The notes under the pieces are model-generated. The model made no database searches. It was given only the letters and a program-made list of their open reading frames with translations, and was not told the origin of the DNA. From Minisyncoccota bacterium (GTDB lineage Bacteria > Patescibacteriota > Minisyncoccia > UBA6257 > JAGOQP01), in contig JBAYWE010000003.1 in assembly GCA_041674185.1 (NCBI GenBank), positions 896-64,895 on the forward strand: a stretch of DNA of 64,000 nucleotides. Reading direction: 5' to 3'. The position numbers were made by a program, and so were the translations under genes. This document shows, piece after piece, positions 45,814 to 54,741 of the stretch (position 1 is its first letter; each line of letters starts with the position of its first letter).

Positions 45814-47322
45814 TTATTTCTTATTCATAGTAATCTTGAAAACGATGGTGTTTTGATCTACCTGCGTAATACTTGTGAGAGGAAGTTGTACGTTTGTTAC
45901 AGAGGAAAGTTGCTCAAGTTTCCTTTTGAATTCAATCGCGGATTCTTCTTTATTTGTTCGAGCATTTAACGTAATACCCGAATCTGATGACTGTACATAG
46001 ATTCTATCGATCGCTACCAAGGGACCTGTTTGATTATATAAATCTGAGAGTACTGCGTGCCATCGTACTTGTTGATTTTGTACGGTAGATGCGCGTACTA
46101 CCGCATCATTAAATGCGGTTGCTTCCTGTTTTAATTCATTGTATCGCGTAACACTCGCAGAGGTAATTGAGGTATTCAAATCATCAGAAATAGTTCCCAC
46201 TAAATGGTTTAAAAATATATAAATTCCGATAAATGCCGCGAGAATAATAGTTCCTGATATGAGTATCATCGTACGCCACGCACCAATAAACGTATTTATT
46301 TGCGCTTGCAATAACATGCTTCGTGTATCTTCGGGAGTTAAGCTAATAGCTGTATCTTCTGAGCGGTCAATAACTCCTCGGAGTGCAGCACCTGCCCCCA
46401 CAAACCACGCCTCATCACTTGGTGCATTCGTAACGGTAAGAGGAAACACTCCAAATGAAAATTTATTTTTAAGAACTTCAAGAAGCTGTTTTTCCATAGC
46501 TCCCCCTATAATATATACTCCCGCAATAGGATCGTGATGCCTCCCTACAAAAAAGTTAGTCACCTGATGTATCTCTCGTATAATAAGCGTTGCAAAATCT
46601 GAAAAAATAATATCTCGCGTTGCGTGTATTTCTTTTAAAATTGTTTGCCATGAAGAAAATTTATCAAAGCAAAGATGTCCTCGAGTAATCACAGCCATAG
46701 TGATTCCATCACCTCCTATATGAAGTAATAAATATGATTTTGTTTTTACAAATGATGGTTCGCGTTGCACAATAAAACGAGCAAGAGACATGGACCTATG
46801 TTCAATTGCAACAGCTGAAAATCCCCCCTTTCTCAAACATCTTAAAAATATATCAATGATAGACTTTTCTACAAAAGAAGAAATAATTTCTACATCTGGA
46901 ACGTGTACCGTGGATTCTATTTTTTCCCATCCAGAATATGCCTCAGAAAAATTAATGGGAGAAATCGTCTGCATATTAAGTCGGACAGCCTCCTCAAACG
47001 ATCCCTCTGACAACTGAGGAAGGGTAAATAATTGCGTAAAAATATTCTCATCAGAAATAGTTACAATAACTGGAATTTCCTTTTTTTCTTTTGAGGTGAT
47101 CTGTTTATGTAACAGTTTTAGACTTTTTATAAATGCTTCTTGTTGTTTTATTTTTCCCTCTTGAATAATACCCGCTTCGAGAGGAACTGAATGCCGAGTA
47201 ACTCGGAGTGTTTCTGGCGCGATAGAAAAAAACACAATTCCTGCATCAGTTATTTCAAGCCCCCCAATCTCAATTTGAGGACGTACAATTCGTATAATTT
47301 TCTTTAGAAATAAAATATTCAT
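45814..47322 (-). CDS. type IV pilus assembly protein PilM-like fused to a PilN/PilO-like C-terminal region
   Basis: The N-terminal ~330 aa match an actin-like ATPase-fold PilM pattern. They are followed by a single TM helix (TMILISGTIILAAFIGIYIF) and a coiled-coil/periplasmic region as in PilN. The call rests on sequence pattern, not an HMM hit. Confidence 0.5.
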   Translation of the reverse strand: MNILFLKKIIRIVRPQIEIGGLEITDAGIVFFSIAPETLRVTRHSVPLEAGIIQEGKIKQQEAFIKSLKLLHKQITSKEKKEIPVIVTISDENIFTQLFTLPQLSEGSFEEAVRLNMQTISPINFSEAYSGWEKIESTVHVPDVEIISSFVEKSIIDIFLRCLRKGGFSAVAIEHRSMSLARFIVQREPSFVKTKSYLLLHIGGDGITMAVITRGHLCFDKFSSWQTILKEIHATRDIIFSDFATLIIREIHQVTNFFVGRHHDPIAGVYIIGGAMEKQLLEVLKNKFSFGVFPLTVTNAPSDEAWFVGAGAALRGVIDRSEDTAISLTPEDTRSMLLQAQINTFIGAWRTMILISGTIILAAFIGIYIFLNHLVGTISDDLNTSITSASVTRYNELKQEATAFNDAVVRASTVQNQQVRWHAVLSDLYNQTGPLVAIDRIYVQSSDSGITLNARTNKEESAIEFKRKLEQLSSVTNVQLPLTSITQVDQNTIVFKITMNKK

Positions 47323-47401
47323 GAGTCTTCGTTCCTGTCTTTTAGTATAATATAAAAACTATCGATTCACAAAATAAATCTGTCGCACCATGCTACTTTA
47401 T

Positions 47402-47860
47402 TTATAACTCGGTCAGTGACTGTTGATTTACTGAACCCAAATAACCATCTACCACAAAGATACTTTGAATTTGCACTCTCTTTGTTAATGCTCTTCCTGT
47501 TGCCACAACAGTATATTGACTAAATCGTGAGTCAATTGGTGTTTTTGTTACTGCAACTTGAACTGTAAAACTTCCTACTTGTATAGTATATGGACTTATT
47601 GAAGGTACCCAATCTTTGTTTCGTGCAATATGTAATAGTACATCAGAGATACCTGATTCCGCAGCTGCGGTCGCACTATATGACGCGCGTACCCCCATTC
47701 CTTGTTCACCCACTAGATACGCAACAACAAGCCCTACTAAAGCAGTTTCCATAATCACCGTACCAATAATCATTACCGTAGTAATAGAAACAACACCTCT
47801 CCGTACAGAATAATTCGAAGACGAACGAAGTTTTTGAAATATATTCAAAATCATATACAT
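47402..47860 (-). CDS. hypothetical membrane protein in the pilus-like cluster
   Basis: An N-terminal hydrophobic helix (VVSITTVMIIGTVIMETALVGLVVAYLV) followed by a Ser/Thr-rich beta-rich region. It has no canonical prepilin motif. Confidence 0.35.
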   Translation of the reverse strand: MYMILNIFQKLRSSSNYSVRRGVVSITTVMIIGTVIMETALVGLVVAYLVGEQGMGVRASYSATAAAESGISDVLLHIARNKDWVPSISPYTIQVGSFTVQVAVTKTPIDSRFSQYTVVATGRALTKRVQIQSIFVVDGYLGSVNQQSLTEL

Positions 47861-47871
47861 AGTCGTTATGT

Positions 47872-49479
47872 TTATTTACTCCAGTTAATCATTGATCCCA
47901 TGACTATAGGACCGGCTCCCCCACTGGGATTCAGGAAAATTTTATATCTAAAATATCGATAGTTATGAAAATTTTCTACATCAACTGATATATTAGAAGA
48001 TGCAGGAGAAAAATACGTTGATCCAGAGCCATCATATCCAGCATACCCCCATGGCCCGTCGGCATTGTTCGACATTGCGATCTGAAACTTTACATTTGTT
48101 CCCACCGGCTGTACCCCTTGCCATAACACACTATTAATCGCTGCACCTTGCGGTGTTTGAGTATCAAGTGTTGCTGACTCAAGCCATCCACTCACCGTAG
48201 TTGTTGCAAGACTAATCTGCCCCACCGTTGAAGTTGCGATATTATACGATGCAGCAAACGTACTGGTTGCGCTGGTAGTTGTTCCTGTGTTTCCAGGCCC
48301 TCCACTCCAATTATTATTATGTAATACAAAAATAGTATTTCTCATAAAATAATGGTAGAGCTGTAATTGTCTCCCCCCTTCCCACGTGACTCCCACAGTT
48401 ACTTTCTGAGTTGAAGGATCAACCACCCCTCCACTTGAAACAATATTTAAGTTTGTATCTCTATTTGTATTCTCTGTGAAAAAATATCTGTCATAAATAG
48501 GACTTTCATAAAGGCTTTTTATTTCTTCCGCACTTAATGCGCGATTATAGACCCGCGCATCATCAACAAGACCATTTAATCTGTAATTACCCACATACGC
48601 ATACGACCACTGTCCTACAAATATTTTATCAGGAGTAAACCTAACTGTTTTACTTAAATTCCACTTACTATCAAATTCACCGTTGATATAAAAACTAATG
48701 GAATTATCGTTTGTGCTGTATATAAGAACAACGTGGGACCACGTATTCGTGGGTACCACAAAATTACTTTGTTTAGAATTATATTCTCTCGTCCCATCGG
48801 TATATCCTATAGATGGAGCAAATCTACTGCTCACAATATTGATTCCGATATTTGATGGAACGGTATAATTATGAGTCGTTAAAACTCCAACCAGACTACT
48901 AACTGCTCGTGGATACACCCATACGGAATATGTTTGATCTGAACTTAAAGACACATCATTATCGCTCTTCGCATATGCATTATTAGTCCCATTAAAATCT
49001 AGGCATCCACCCGCTATACAACCGGGGGAAGAGATACGAGCAGGATCTCCTGTTGTAACTCCATCATTTCCATTTCCTGAAGTATCATATGTGGTTGTTC
49101 CTATATCTTCATCAAACTTCCACTGCCCTATCAACCCAGCAGTCACATCATTATATAAAACACTTTCAGTACCTGGAATAATAACGGTTGCTGATCCTCG
49201 TTGATTTAAAAAATAGTGATTCGTAGATCCTTTTGAAAGGTCATATAGTCCATGCCAATCTGAATTAGCTAATAACTGTACCTGATTTAAAACATCGTTT
49301 GCATATCCCGACGCAGCTTGATTTCCTCGCGTCTCAAAACTGTAGCGTAAAATAGAAGTTACCCCTAACGTTGCTCCTAACAAAAACATACCTCCCACAA
49401 ACAACGAAATTAACAACTCGATGAGAAGTTGTCCGTCATTTGCGTTTTTAAGCTTTTTGAAAAAATCTAACATACACAA
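47872..49479 (-). CDS. type IV pilin-like protein with a LamG/concanavalin-like domain
   Basis: The N-terminal class-III-type signal DGQLLIELLISLFVGG has Gly at -1 and Glu at +5. A W.FDEDIG....D.SGNGNDG motif is typical of the LamG-like jellyroll. Confidence 0.55.
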   Translation of the reverse strand: MCMLDFFKKLKNANDGQLLIELLISLFVGGMFLLGATLGVTSILRYSFETRGNQAASGYANDVLNQVQLLANSDWHGLYDLSKGSTNHYFLNQRGSATVIIPGTESVLYNDVTAGLIGQWKFDEDIGTTTYDTSGNGNDGVTTGDPARISSPGCIAGGCLDFNGTNNAYAKSDNDVSLSSDQTYSVWVYPRAVSSLVGVLTTHNYTVPSNIGINIVSSRFAPSIGYTDGTREYNSKQSNFVVPTNTWSHVVLIYSTNDNSISFYINGEFDSKWNLSKTVRFTPDKIFVGQWSYAYVGNYRLNGLVDDARVYNRALSAEEIKSLYESPIYDRYFFTENTNRDTNLNIVSSGGVVDPSTQKVTVGVTWEGGRQLQLYHYFMRNTIFVLHNNNWSGGPGNTGTTTSATSTFAASYNIATSTVGQISLATTTVSGWLESATLDTQTPQGAAINSVLWQGVQPVGTNVKFQIAMSNNADGPWGYAGYDGSGSTYFSPASSNISVDVENFHNYRYFRYKIFLNPSGGAGPIVMGSMINWSK

Positions 49480-49584
49480 TTTTTAAGCACACATTTTTGA
49501 ATTTTTAAATAAGGTATCAATGTTTTAAATTTTAAAAATTAGGTTTTATTTATAAAATTACAAAATTAAAAATTATAAAACTTT

Positions 49585-50712
49585 CTAATAGCTCTCATAT
49601 AATGCTTTCACCTCACTTGTTGCAAGCGCACGATTATACACCCGCACATCATCTAATAATCCCTTTACCCTATCCCAATGTCCAGAGAAAAAAAGTGGAT
49701 TTGATTGATACGATATTGACCCTGTTACTGTCTGACATTCCTTCATAACTCCATTCATATAAATACATTGCTGTTTTGATGTATTATCAAAAGTTCCCGT
49801 GAGATACACCCACTCATTCCAATTTATTTTCTGCGTTCCAAAATATTGACCCGTAAGACCATTTAATCCCCACTTAAAAGTTCCATCAGAATTTACTTCA
49901 GTCGTATATCCATACCACGTAGTTACCAACACGTGCCGTTTTGATTGATTTTGTAGATTAGCCCAAAAACTAAGCGTTATAGAACTCGGTTTATAAGTCG
50001 CATTATTGGGAATACTGATTTCATCATTAATTCCATCAAAACCCAAACACCCCCCTGTCCTGCACAGTCCTGAACTTGAAGATTGCCATGTTGGACTATT
50101 ATTGAGAGTTCCTGTATGTCCTTTCCCCGATGCATCATACGCGTTCACTCCTATCTCCTCGTCAAGAGGCCAATATGCCACCAAATCTTTTCCCGATAAT
50201 TGACTTACGGATGATGATTTACTAACGGAGATAATATTCGCATCACCTCCCGCTGCTGTTTGAATACCAACGGTTTGTGCTACATCTGGCACTCCTGTTG
50301 TTTTAGAAAAAATAATAACCTTAGAAAAACCAGTTGAAGGATTAGAAAATTTTGAAGCACGGCTCAATGTTTGAGTTGTTACTACTGAAGATGTGGTATA
50401 TGTGGTACCTGAAAATATCTGGTAGGTATCACTTTCTGAACCAGTACTGGGATTAAATTTAATTCCCCACGCAGTCCCCTCCTCTCCTAAAATAGCTTTA
50501 TTTTGAGCACTACGAATACCTTCTAATATATTGGTACTATCTAATTGAAAACTGTGACGATTCTTATAACTCGTTAAATTGAGAATACCTATTCCAGTAA
50601 TAATAGAAAGAATTGTTACGGAAATAAGCATTTCTATCAACGTAAATCCTCCCCGCGCAGAATACGATGGTGTACAAATTTTATTATATTCTTCTCTGAA
50701 CGCATCTTTCAT
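49585..50712 (-). CDS. type IV pilin-like protein with a LamG/concanavalin-like domain
   Basis: A canonical prepilin N-terminus, RGGFTLIEMLISVTILSIITGIGIL, and an AYWPLDEEIGVNAYDASGKGHTG LamG-like motif. Confidence 0.6.
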   Translation of the reverse strand: MKDAFREEYNKICTPSYSARGGFTLIEMLISVTILSIITGIGILNLTSYKNRHSFQLDSTNILEGIRSAQNKAILGEEGTAWGIKFNPSTGSESDTYQIFSGTTYTTSSVVTTQTLSRASKFSNPSTGFSKVIIFSKTTGVPDVAQTVGIQTAAGGDANIISVSKSSSVSQLSGKDLVAYWPLDEEIGVNAYDASGKGHTGTLNNSPTWQSSSSGLCRTGGCLGFDGINDEISIPNNATYKPSSITLSFWANLQNQSKRHVLVTTWYGYTTEVNSDGTFKWGLNGLTGQYFGTQKINWNEWVYLTGTFDNTSKQQCIYMNGVMKECQTVTGSISYQSNPLFFSGHWDRVKGLLDDVRVYNRALATSEVKALYESY

Positions 50713-50794
50713 AAAAAACTCTTCTCGTATACCTCTATGATATGCACCAAGTATATCACATACAGAGATACTTCTTATAGAGACCTAAAAAATT

Positions 50795-51385
50795 CTACAA
50801 ATCTTTTTCATATCCCTTCTCTCCATTCCATACGCCCGAAGCCCCCACAAAAATAATATGTGTATTATTTCGTTGTTCCATAAGCCACGGAAGTATTTCC
50901 TTCTGTTGTAGGGTAAATAAATCAGTTAAAAGCTGTCCTCGTGCAATATGATTTAAAAGATATATACGAGAATCTGATTCTGATTCTTGTGTTAATGCAA
51001 GCATCTGTATCCGCCCATCTCCTGAAGAAATCATAGCATCCACCTGTTCTTCTGTTTTTTGATCTAATTCACGAGGAGTCATCTGTGTATGAAGTTCATC
51101 AGTCATAAGAATATCATCAACCAATCCATCAAATACTATTTTTTCAAGTTCGGTATTTTGTGGAACGCGCATCTTTGTTTGTTTTGCAATACTACTATAA
51201 AAATTATGCGTTAATCGTAATGACATACGATATTCACTCGCCCATACTGCAGTTCCATTTACATATACCAAAGGGTACCACCCCATCCGGTAACAGACGT
51301 ATCCGCCGACTATAAGAATCAACGCACAAAATACACCCACACGCACCCCCCAAGAACGCCAAAAATATTTATATAATGGTACCAT
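50795..51385 (-). CDS. hypothetical membrane protein
   Basis: An N-terminal TM helix (VGVFCALILIVGGYVCY). I recognise no family. Confidence 0.4.
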   Translation of the reverse strand: MVPLYKYFWRSWGVRVGVFCALILIVGGYVCYRMGWYPLVYVNGTAVWASEYRMSLRLTHNFYSSIAKQTKMRVPQNTELEKIVFDGLVDDILMTDELHTQMTPRELDQKTEEQVDAMISSGDGRIQMLALTQESESDSRIYLLNHIARGQLLTDLFTLQQKEILPWLMEQRNNTHIIFVGASGVWNGEKGYEKDL

Positions 51386-51387
51386 AG

Positions 51388-51738
51388 TTATGGTTGTTTT
51401 TCTGGAACTACAATAATCATTATCTCTCCAGATCTTTTATAATTAAATTTCTCTCGCAAACTTTTCTCTAAATTATCAGGATTTTTATAGTATACTTGAT
51501 TATCTTCAACATCTTTATTCTCTTCTTCAATCGCCTGTAATTTCTGAGTTACTTCGACATGTTCTTGTCTTAATTTTTTAGCATCCGCAAGCATAGAAAA
51601 TAACTCCACACCTATTAAGATGAGAACAACTAACAAAATACTAAAAGTAACCACGCGCTTGAGAGACATGTCATTAGTATACATTAAAAAACTGATTTTG
51701 TAATTTCTGTTAAAAATAAATAACAAAAAAATACACAC
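51388..51738 (-). CDS. ftsB: septum formation initiator FtsB/DivIC-like
   Basis: TM helix (VVTFSILLVVLILIGVELF), a coiled coil, and a C-terminal FNYKRSGEIMIIV motif typical of FtsB/DivIC. The start is probably the internal Met of MSLKRVV. Confidence 0.55.
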   Translation of the reverse strand: MCIFLLFIFNRNYKISFLMYTNDMSLKRVVTFSILLVVLILIGVELFSMLADAKKLRQEHVEVTQKLQAIEEENKDVEDNQVYYKNPDNLEKSLREKFNYKRSGEIMIIVVPEKQP

Positions 51739-51766
51739 TCAGTTTTCTATTTCTCCTTGGAGATTA

Positions 51767-53644
51767 TTACTTTGAGAGAAGTTTTTTAAAATCTTCCGGA
51801 GAAATACGCACTTTTGCCATAGAAAGCAATTTCTTTTTCCCTTCTTTTTGTTTCTTCCACAATTTCATTTTACGCGTACGATCCCCTCCATTTTTTCCAA
51901 AATTTCCAAGATCTTTTTTCATTGCAGGAATTGTTTCTCGTGCCACAAATCTTCCAAATGCTTGTGCCTGAATAGCCTGTGTAAATTGCTGACGCGGTAA
52001 TACTTCTTTCAGTTGAATAACCATTTTACGCGCTTCACGTTCAAGTGTATTTTTAGGTAAGATGCGTGACAATCCAGGAACAAACTCCCCTGCTACTAAA
52101 ATATCCATACGGGCTAACTCACTCTTCTGATATCCATCTGCCTCATAGTTAAATGAAGCAAATCCTCCTGAGATAGATTTCAGTCTATCGTCAAAATCAG
52201 ATATTAATTCTGCAAGTGGCATACGGGTACGAATAATAACCCGATCTCCTAGTGTTTCGGTCATAACCTGCTCCCATCGAAACGATTCTTGTAATCCTAA
52301 CACCGGACCAATGAGATGTGACGGACACACAAGCTCTATTTTTATGAGAGGTTCTAAAATTTCTTCAAATTCCATAGGAAGATCTTTCGGATTCTGTATG
52401 TGCACATATCCTGCTTCATCTCGTTTAATATGCGGTAATAATTTTGGTGCCACCTTCAATTTATATGAAACAGAGGGAAATGAAGTAATAGTGCGGATAT
52501 GAAATTCTCTATCTAATCGTTGTGCAATAATTTCAAAATGTAGTTTACCCAAAAATCCCCCTTTAAATCCACGCCCCAATACTTCGTTAAAATCAGGTTC
52601 ATATGAAAAAGAAGAATCATTTAATTTCAAACGTTCTAATGATTTTTTTAAATCATCATAATCATCAGCCTCATCAGGAAAGAAAGAAACGAATACGACG
52701 GGATTTGGTTCTTTATATCCAGGTAGTGCGAGTGTAATCGCATGAGAAACGTGAGTAAGTGTATTTTTTACTAAAATAGTATCTCCAATTTTTATCTTAT
52801 GAGGATCTTTTAACCCCGTTACCACATAGCCAATTTCTCCCTCACCAACCTCTGGTGACTCATTCATTTTAGGAGTTACATACCCCACTTCTTTAATTAC
52901 AATTTTTTCTCTAACCGCCATAAGTTCAGCAGTCATGCCTTTCCGCAATACGCCATCAAATAAACGCACCACCGCAATAATTCCTTTATGATCATCATAA
53001 AAAGAATCAAAAACAAGTGCTCGTGAAACTCCCTGAGGAACAGATTCTTTTTTACGGGGAGGAGGAACAAGACGAACAATATCTTCTAATAAAGCTGCAA
53101 CTCCTTCACCCGTCTTTCCTGAAATCCGATGAATCTTATCTGGTGTTGTATTAATAAGTTTTGCTGTTTCCTCTAACACTATATCAATATTGGGAATATG
53201 CATATCAACTTTATTCACCGCACCAACAATCGTAAGCCCTGCTTTCTGTGCAGAATATAAATTAGAAAGTGTTTGGGCTTGAATTCCCTGCATACCATCA
53301 ACTAACAAAATAGCACCCTCTACTGCTTCCAGTGCACGTGACACCTCATATCCAAAATCAGGATGCCCTGGCGTATCAATAAGATTTAATACATATACTG
53401 TGCCATCGGGAGCGGTATAATGCATACGTACTGGAGTCATTTTTATAGTAATACCTCGCTCTCGCTCCAATTCTAATTGATCAAGGAACTGATTCTTCAT
53501 TTTTCGTTTATCAATCGTTCCGGTCACTTCAAGTAATCGATCTGCGAGGGTCGATTTTCCATGGTCTATATGTGCGATAATACAAAAATTCCGTATCTGT
53601 TCCATAATAGGTATTATCATGTCATGCAAAATCAAAAAAGGCAA
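51767..53644 (-). CDS. lepA: elongation factor 4 (LepA)
   Basis: G-domain NFCIIAHIDHGKSTLADRLL, DTPGHPDF, and the LepA-specific C-terminal domain. The start is probably the Met of MEQIRNF (about 53605). Confidence 0.9.
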   Translation of the reverse strand: MPFLILHDMIIPIMEQIRNFCIIAHIDHGKSTLADRLLEVTGTIDKRKMKNQFLDQLELERERGITIKMTPVRMHYTAPDGTVYVLNLIDTPGHPDFGYEVSRALEAVEGAILLVDGMQGIQAQTLSNLYSAQKAGLTIVGAVNKVDMHIPNIDIVLEETAKLINTTPDKIHRISGKTGEGVAALLEDIVRLVPPPRKKESVPQGVSRALVFDSFYDDHKGIIAVVRLFDGVLRKGMTAELMAVREKIVIKEVGYVTPKMNESPEVGEGEIGYVVTGLKDPHKIKIGDTILVKNTLTHVSHAITLALPGYKEPNPVVFVSFFPDEADDYDDLKKSLERLKLNDSSFSYEPDFNEVLGRGFKGGFLGKLHFEIIAQRLDREFHIRTITSFPSVSYKLKVAPKLLPHIKRDEAGYVHIQNPKDLPMEFEEILEPLIKIELVCPSHLIGPVLGLQESFRWEQVMTETLGDRVIIRTRMPLAELISDFDDRLKSISGGFASFNYEADGYQKSELARMDILVAGEFVPGLSRILPKNTLEREARKMVIQLKEVLPRQQFTQAIQAQAFGRFVARETIPAMKKDLGNFGKNGGDRTRKMKLWKKQKEGKKKLLSMAKVRISPEDFKKLLSK

Positions 53645-53715
53645 TAAAAATGTACAAAAATCACCCTTCTCTCCAAATTATGCATACATTAGAAGTATTC
53701 TGAAATCCCCCCCTA

Positions 53716-54578
53716 TTTACGATTCCCGACATCGTAAGATATAATAATAGAAACAAATAAATATGAGAAAAATATCTTTCTCCAATGACGGTATCTATCA
53801 TATTTTTAATAGAGGAGTCGATAAAAGAACTATATTTCTAGAAGACGGTGATTATTTTAGATTCATACATGATTTATATGAATTTAATGACGAATCACCA
53901 GCGGAGAATATTTATTACAAAACCTCCTCCTTACAATCTTACGATGTCGGGAATCGTAAGATACAAAAAAAGGTGCGAACCTTACTTGTTGATATTATTG
54001 CATTTTGTATAATGCCCAATCATTTTCATTTACTTGTAAAACAACGTGTAGAAAATGGCATTACATTGTTTATGAAAAAACTCGGAGGAGGATATGCAAA
54101 TTATTTTAATACAAAAAATGAACGATCAGGAACCTTGTTTCAAGGACGGTTTCAGGCAGTTCCTATTGATACAGATGAATATCTCACGTACATTCCATTT
54201 TATATTCACGCCAACCCCATAGAACTGTATGATCCAGGGTGTAAAGAATCTGGTTTTTCAAAAAACAAAAAAGATGTTTTACATTTCTTAGAATCTTATA
54301 GGTGGTCAAATTTTCCAGATTGTATAGGTAAGAAAAATTTTCCCTCGGTTACACAAAGAGATTTTATTCTGAATTATTTTGGCGGACCTCTTCAATATAA
54401 AAAATATATGCTGAATTGGATGGATCGATTTGCTTCTTCAAAAATTTCTGCAAATACAACTACAAAAATAGAAGTGTCGGACAGAGACATGCGAGATATC
54501 ACCCTAGACTAGAGACTAGACTCGAAACTACTAGACTAAAAGTTATATTTATGTTCTTACGATTCCGGGAATCGTAAG
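53716..54578 (+). mobile_element. IS200/RAYT-like HUH transposase unit with REP-like hairpins
   Basis: Three copies of the 23-bp imperfect palindrome CTTACGAT-N7-ATCGTAAG lie at 53716-53738 (upstream, inverted loop), 53938-53960 (inside the CDS) and 54556-54578 (downstream). They bracket the transposase gene 53763..54512. Confidence 0.5.
53763..54512 (+). CDS. IS200/IS605-family (Y1 HUH) transposase / REP-associated tyrosine transposase-like
   Basis: YHIFNRG near the N-terminus, the HUH motif MPNHFHLLV, and a catalytic Tyr region YIPFYIHANPI, matching the Y1 transposase (Transposase_17) pattern. A C-terminal extension of about 100 aa is present. Confidence 0.65.
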   Translation: MRKISFSNDGIYHIFNRGVDKRTIFLEDGDYFRFIHDLYEFNDESPAENIYYKTSSLQSYDVGNRKIQKKVRTLLVDIIAFCIMPNHFHLLVKQRVENGITLFMKKLGGGYANYFNTKNERSGTLFQGRFQAVPIDTDEYLTYIPFYIHANPIELYDPGCKESGFSKNKKDVLHFLESYRWSNFPDCIGKKNFPSVTQRDFILNYFGGPLQYKKYMLNWMDRFASSKISANTTTKIEVSDRDMRDITLD

Positions 54579-54741
54579 ATGGGTACGGGGGGAAGGGGGC
54601 GCAGAAAAGTTGTACACATTTTTTCATAGCGTATTACCCGTGAATACGGTATACTATCTGTATGTACTATAGTATATGTATAGATACTATTCATTTATAC
54701 ATTCACTGTACTATATATAATACACAGTTAGTACCACACGT

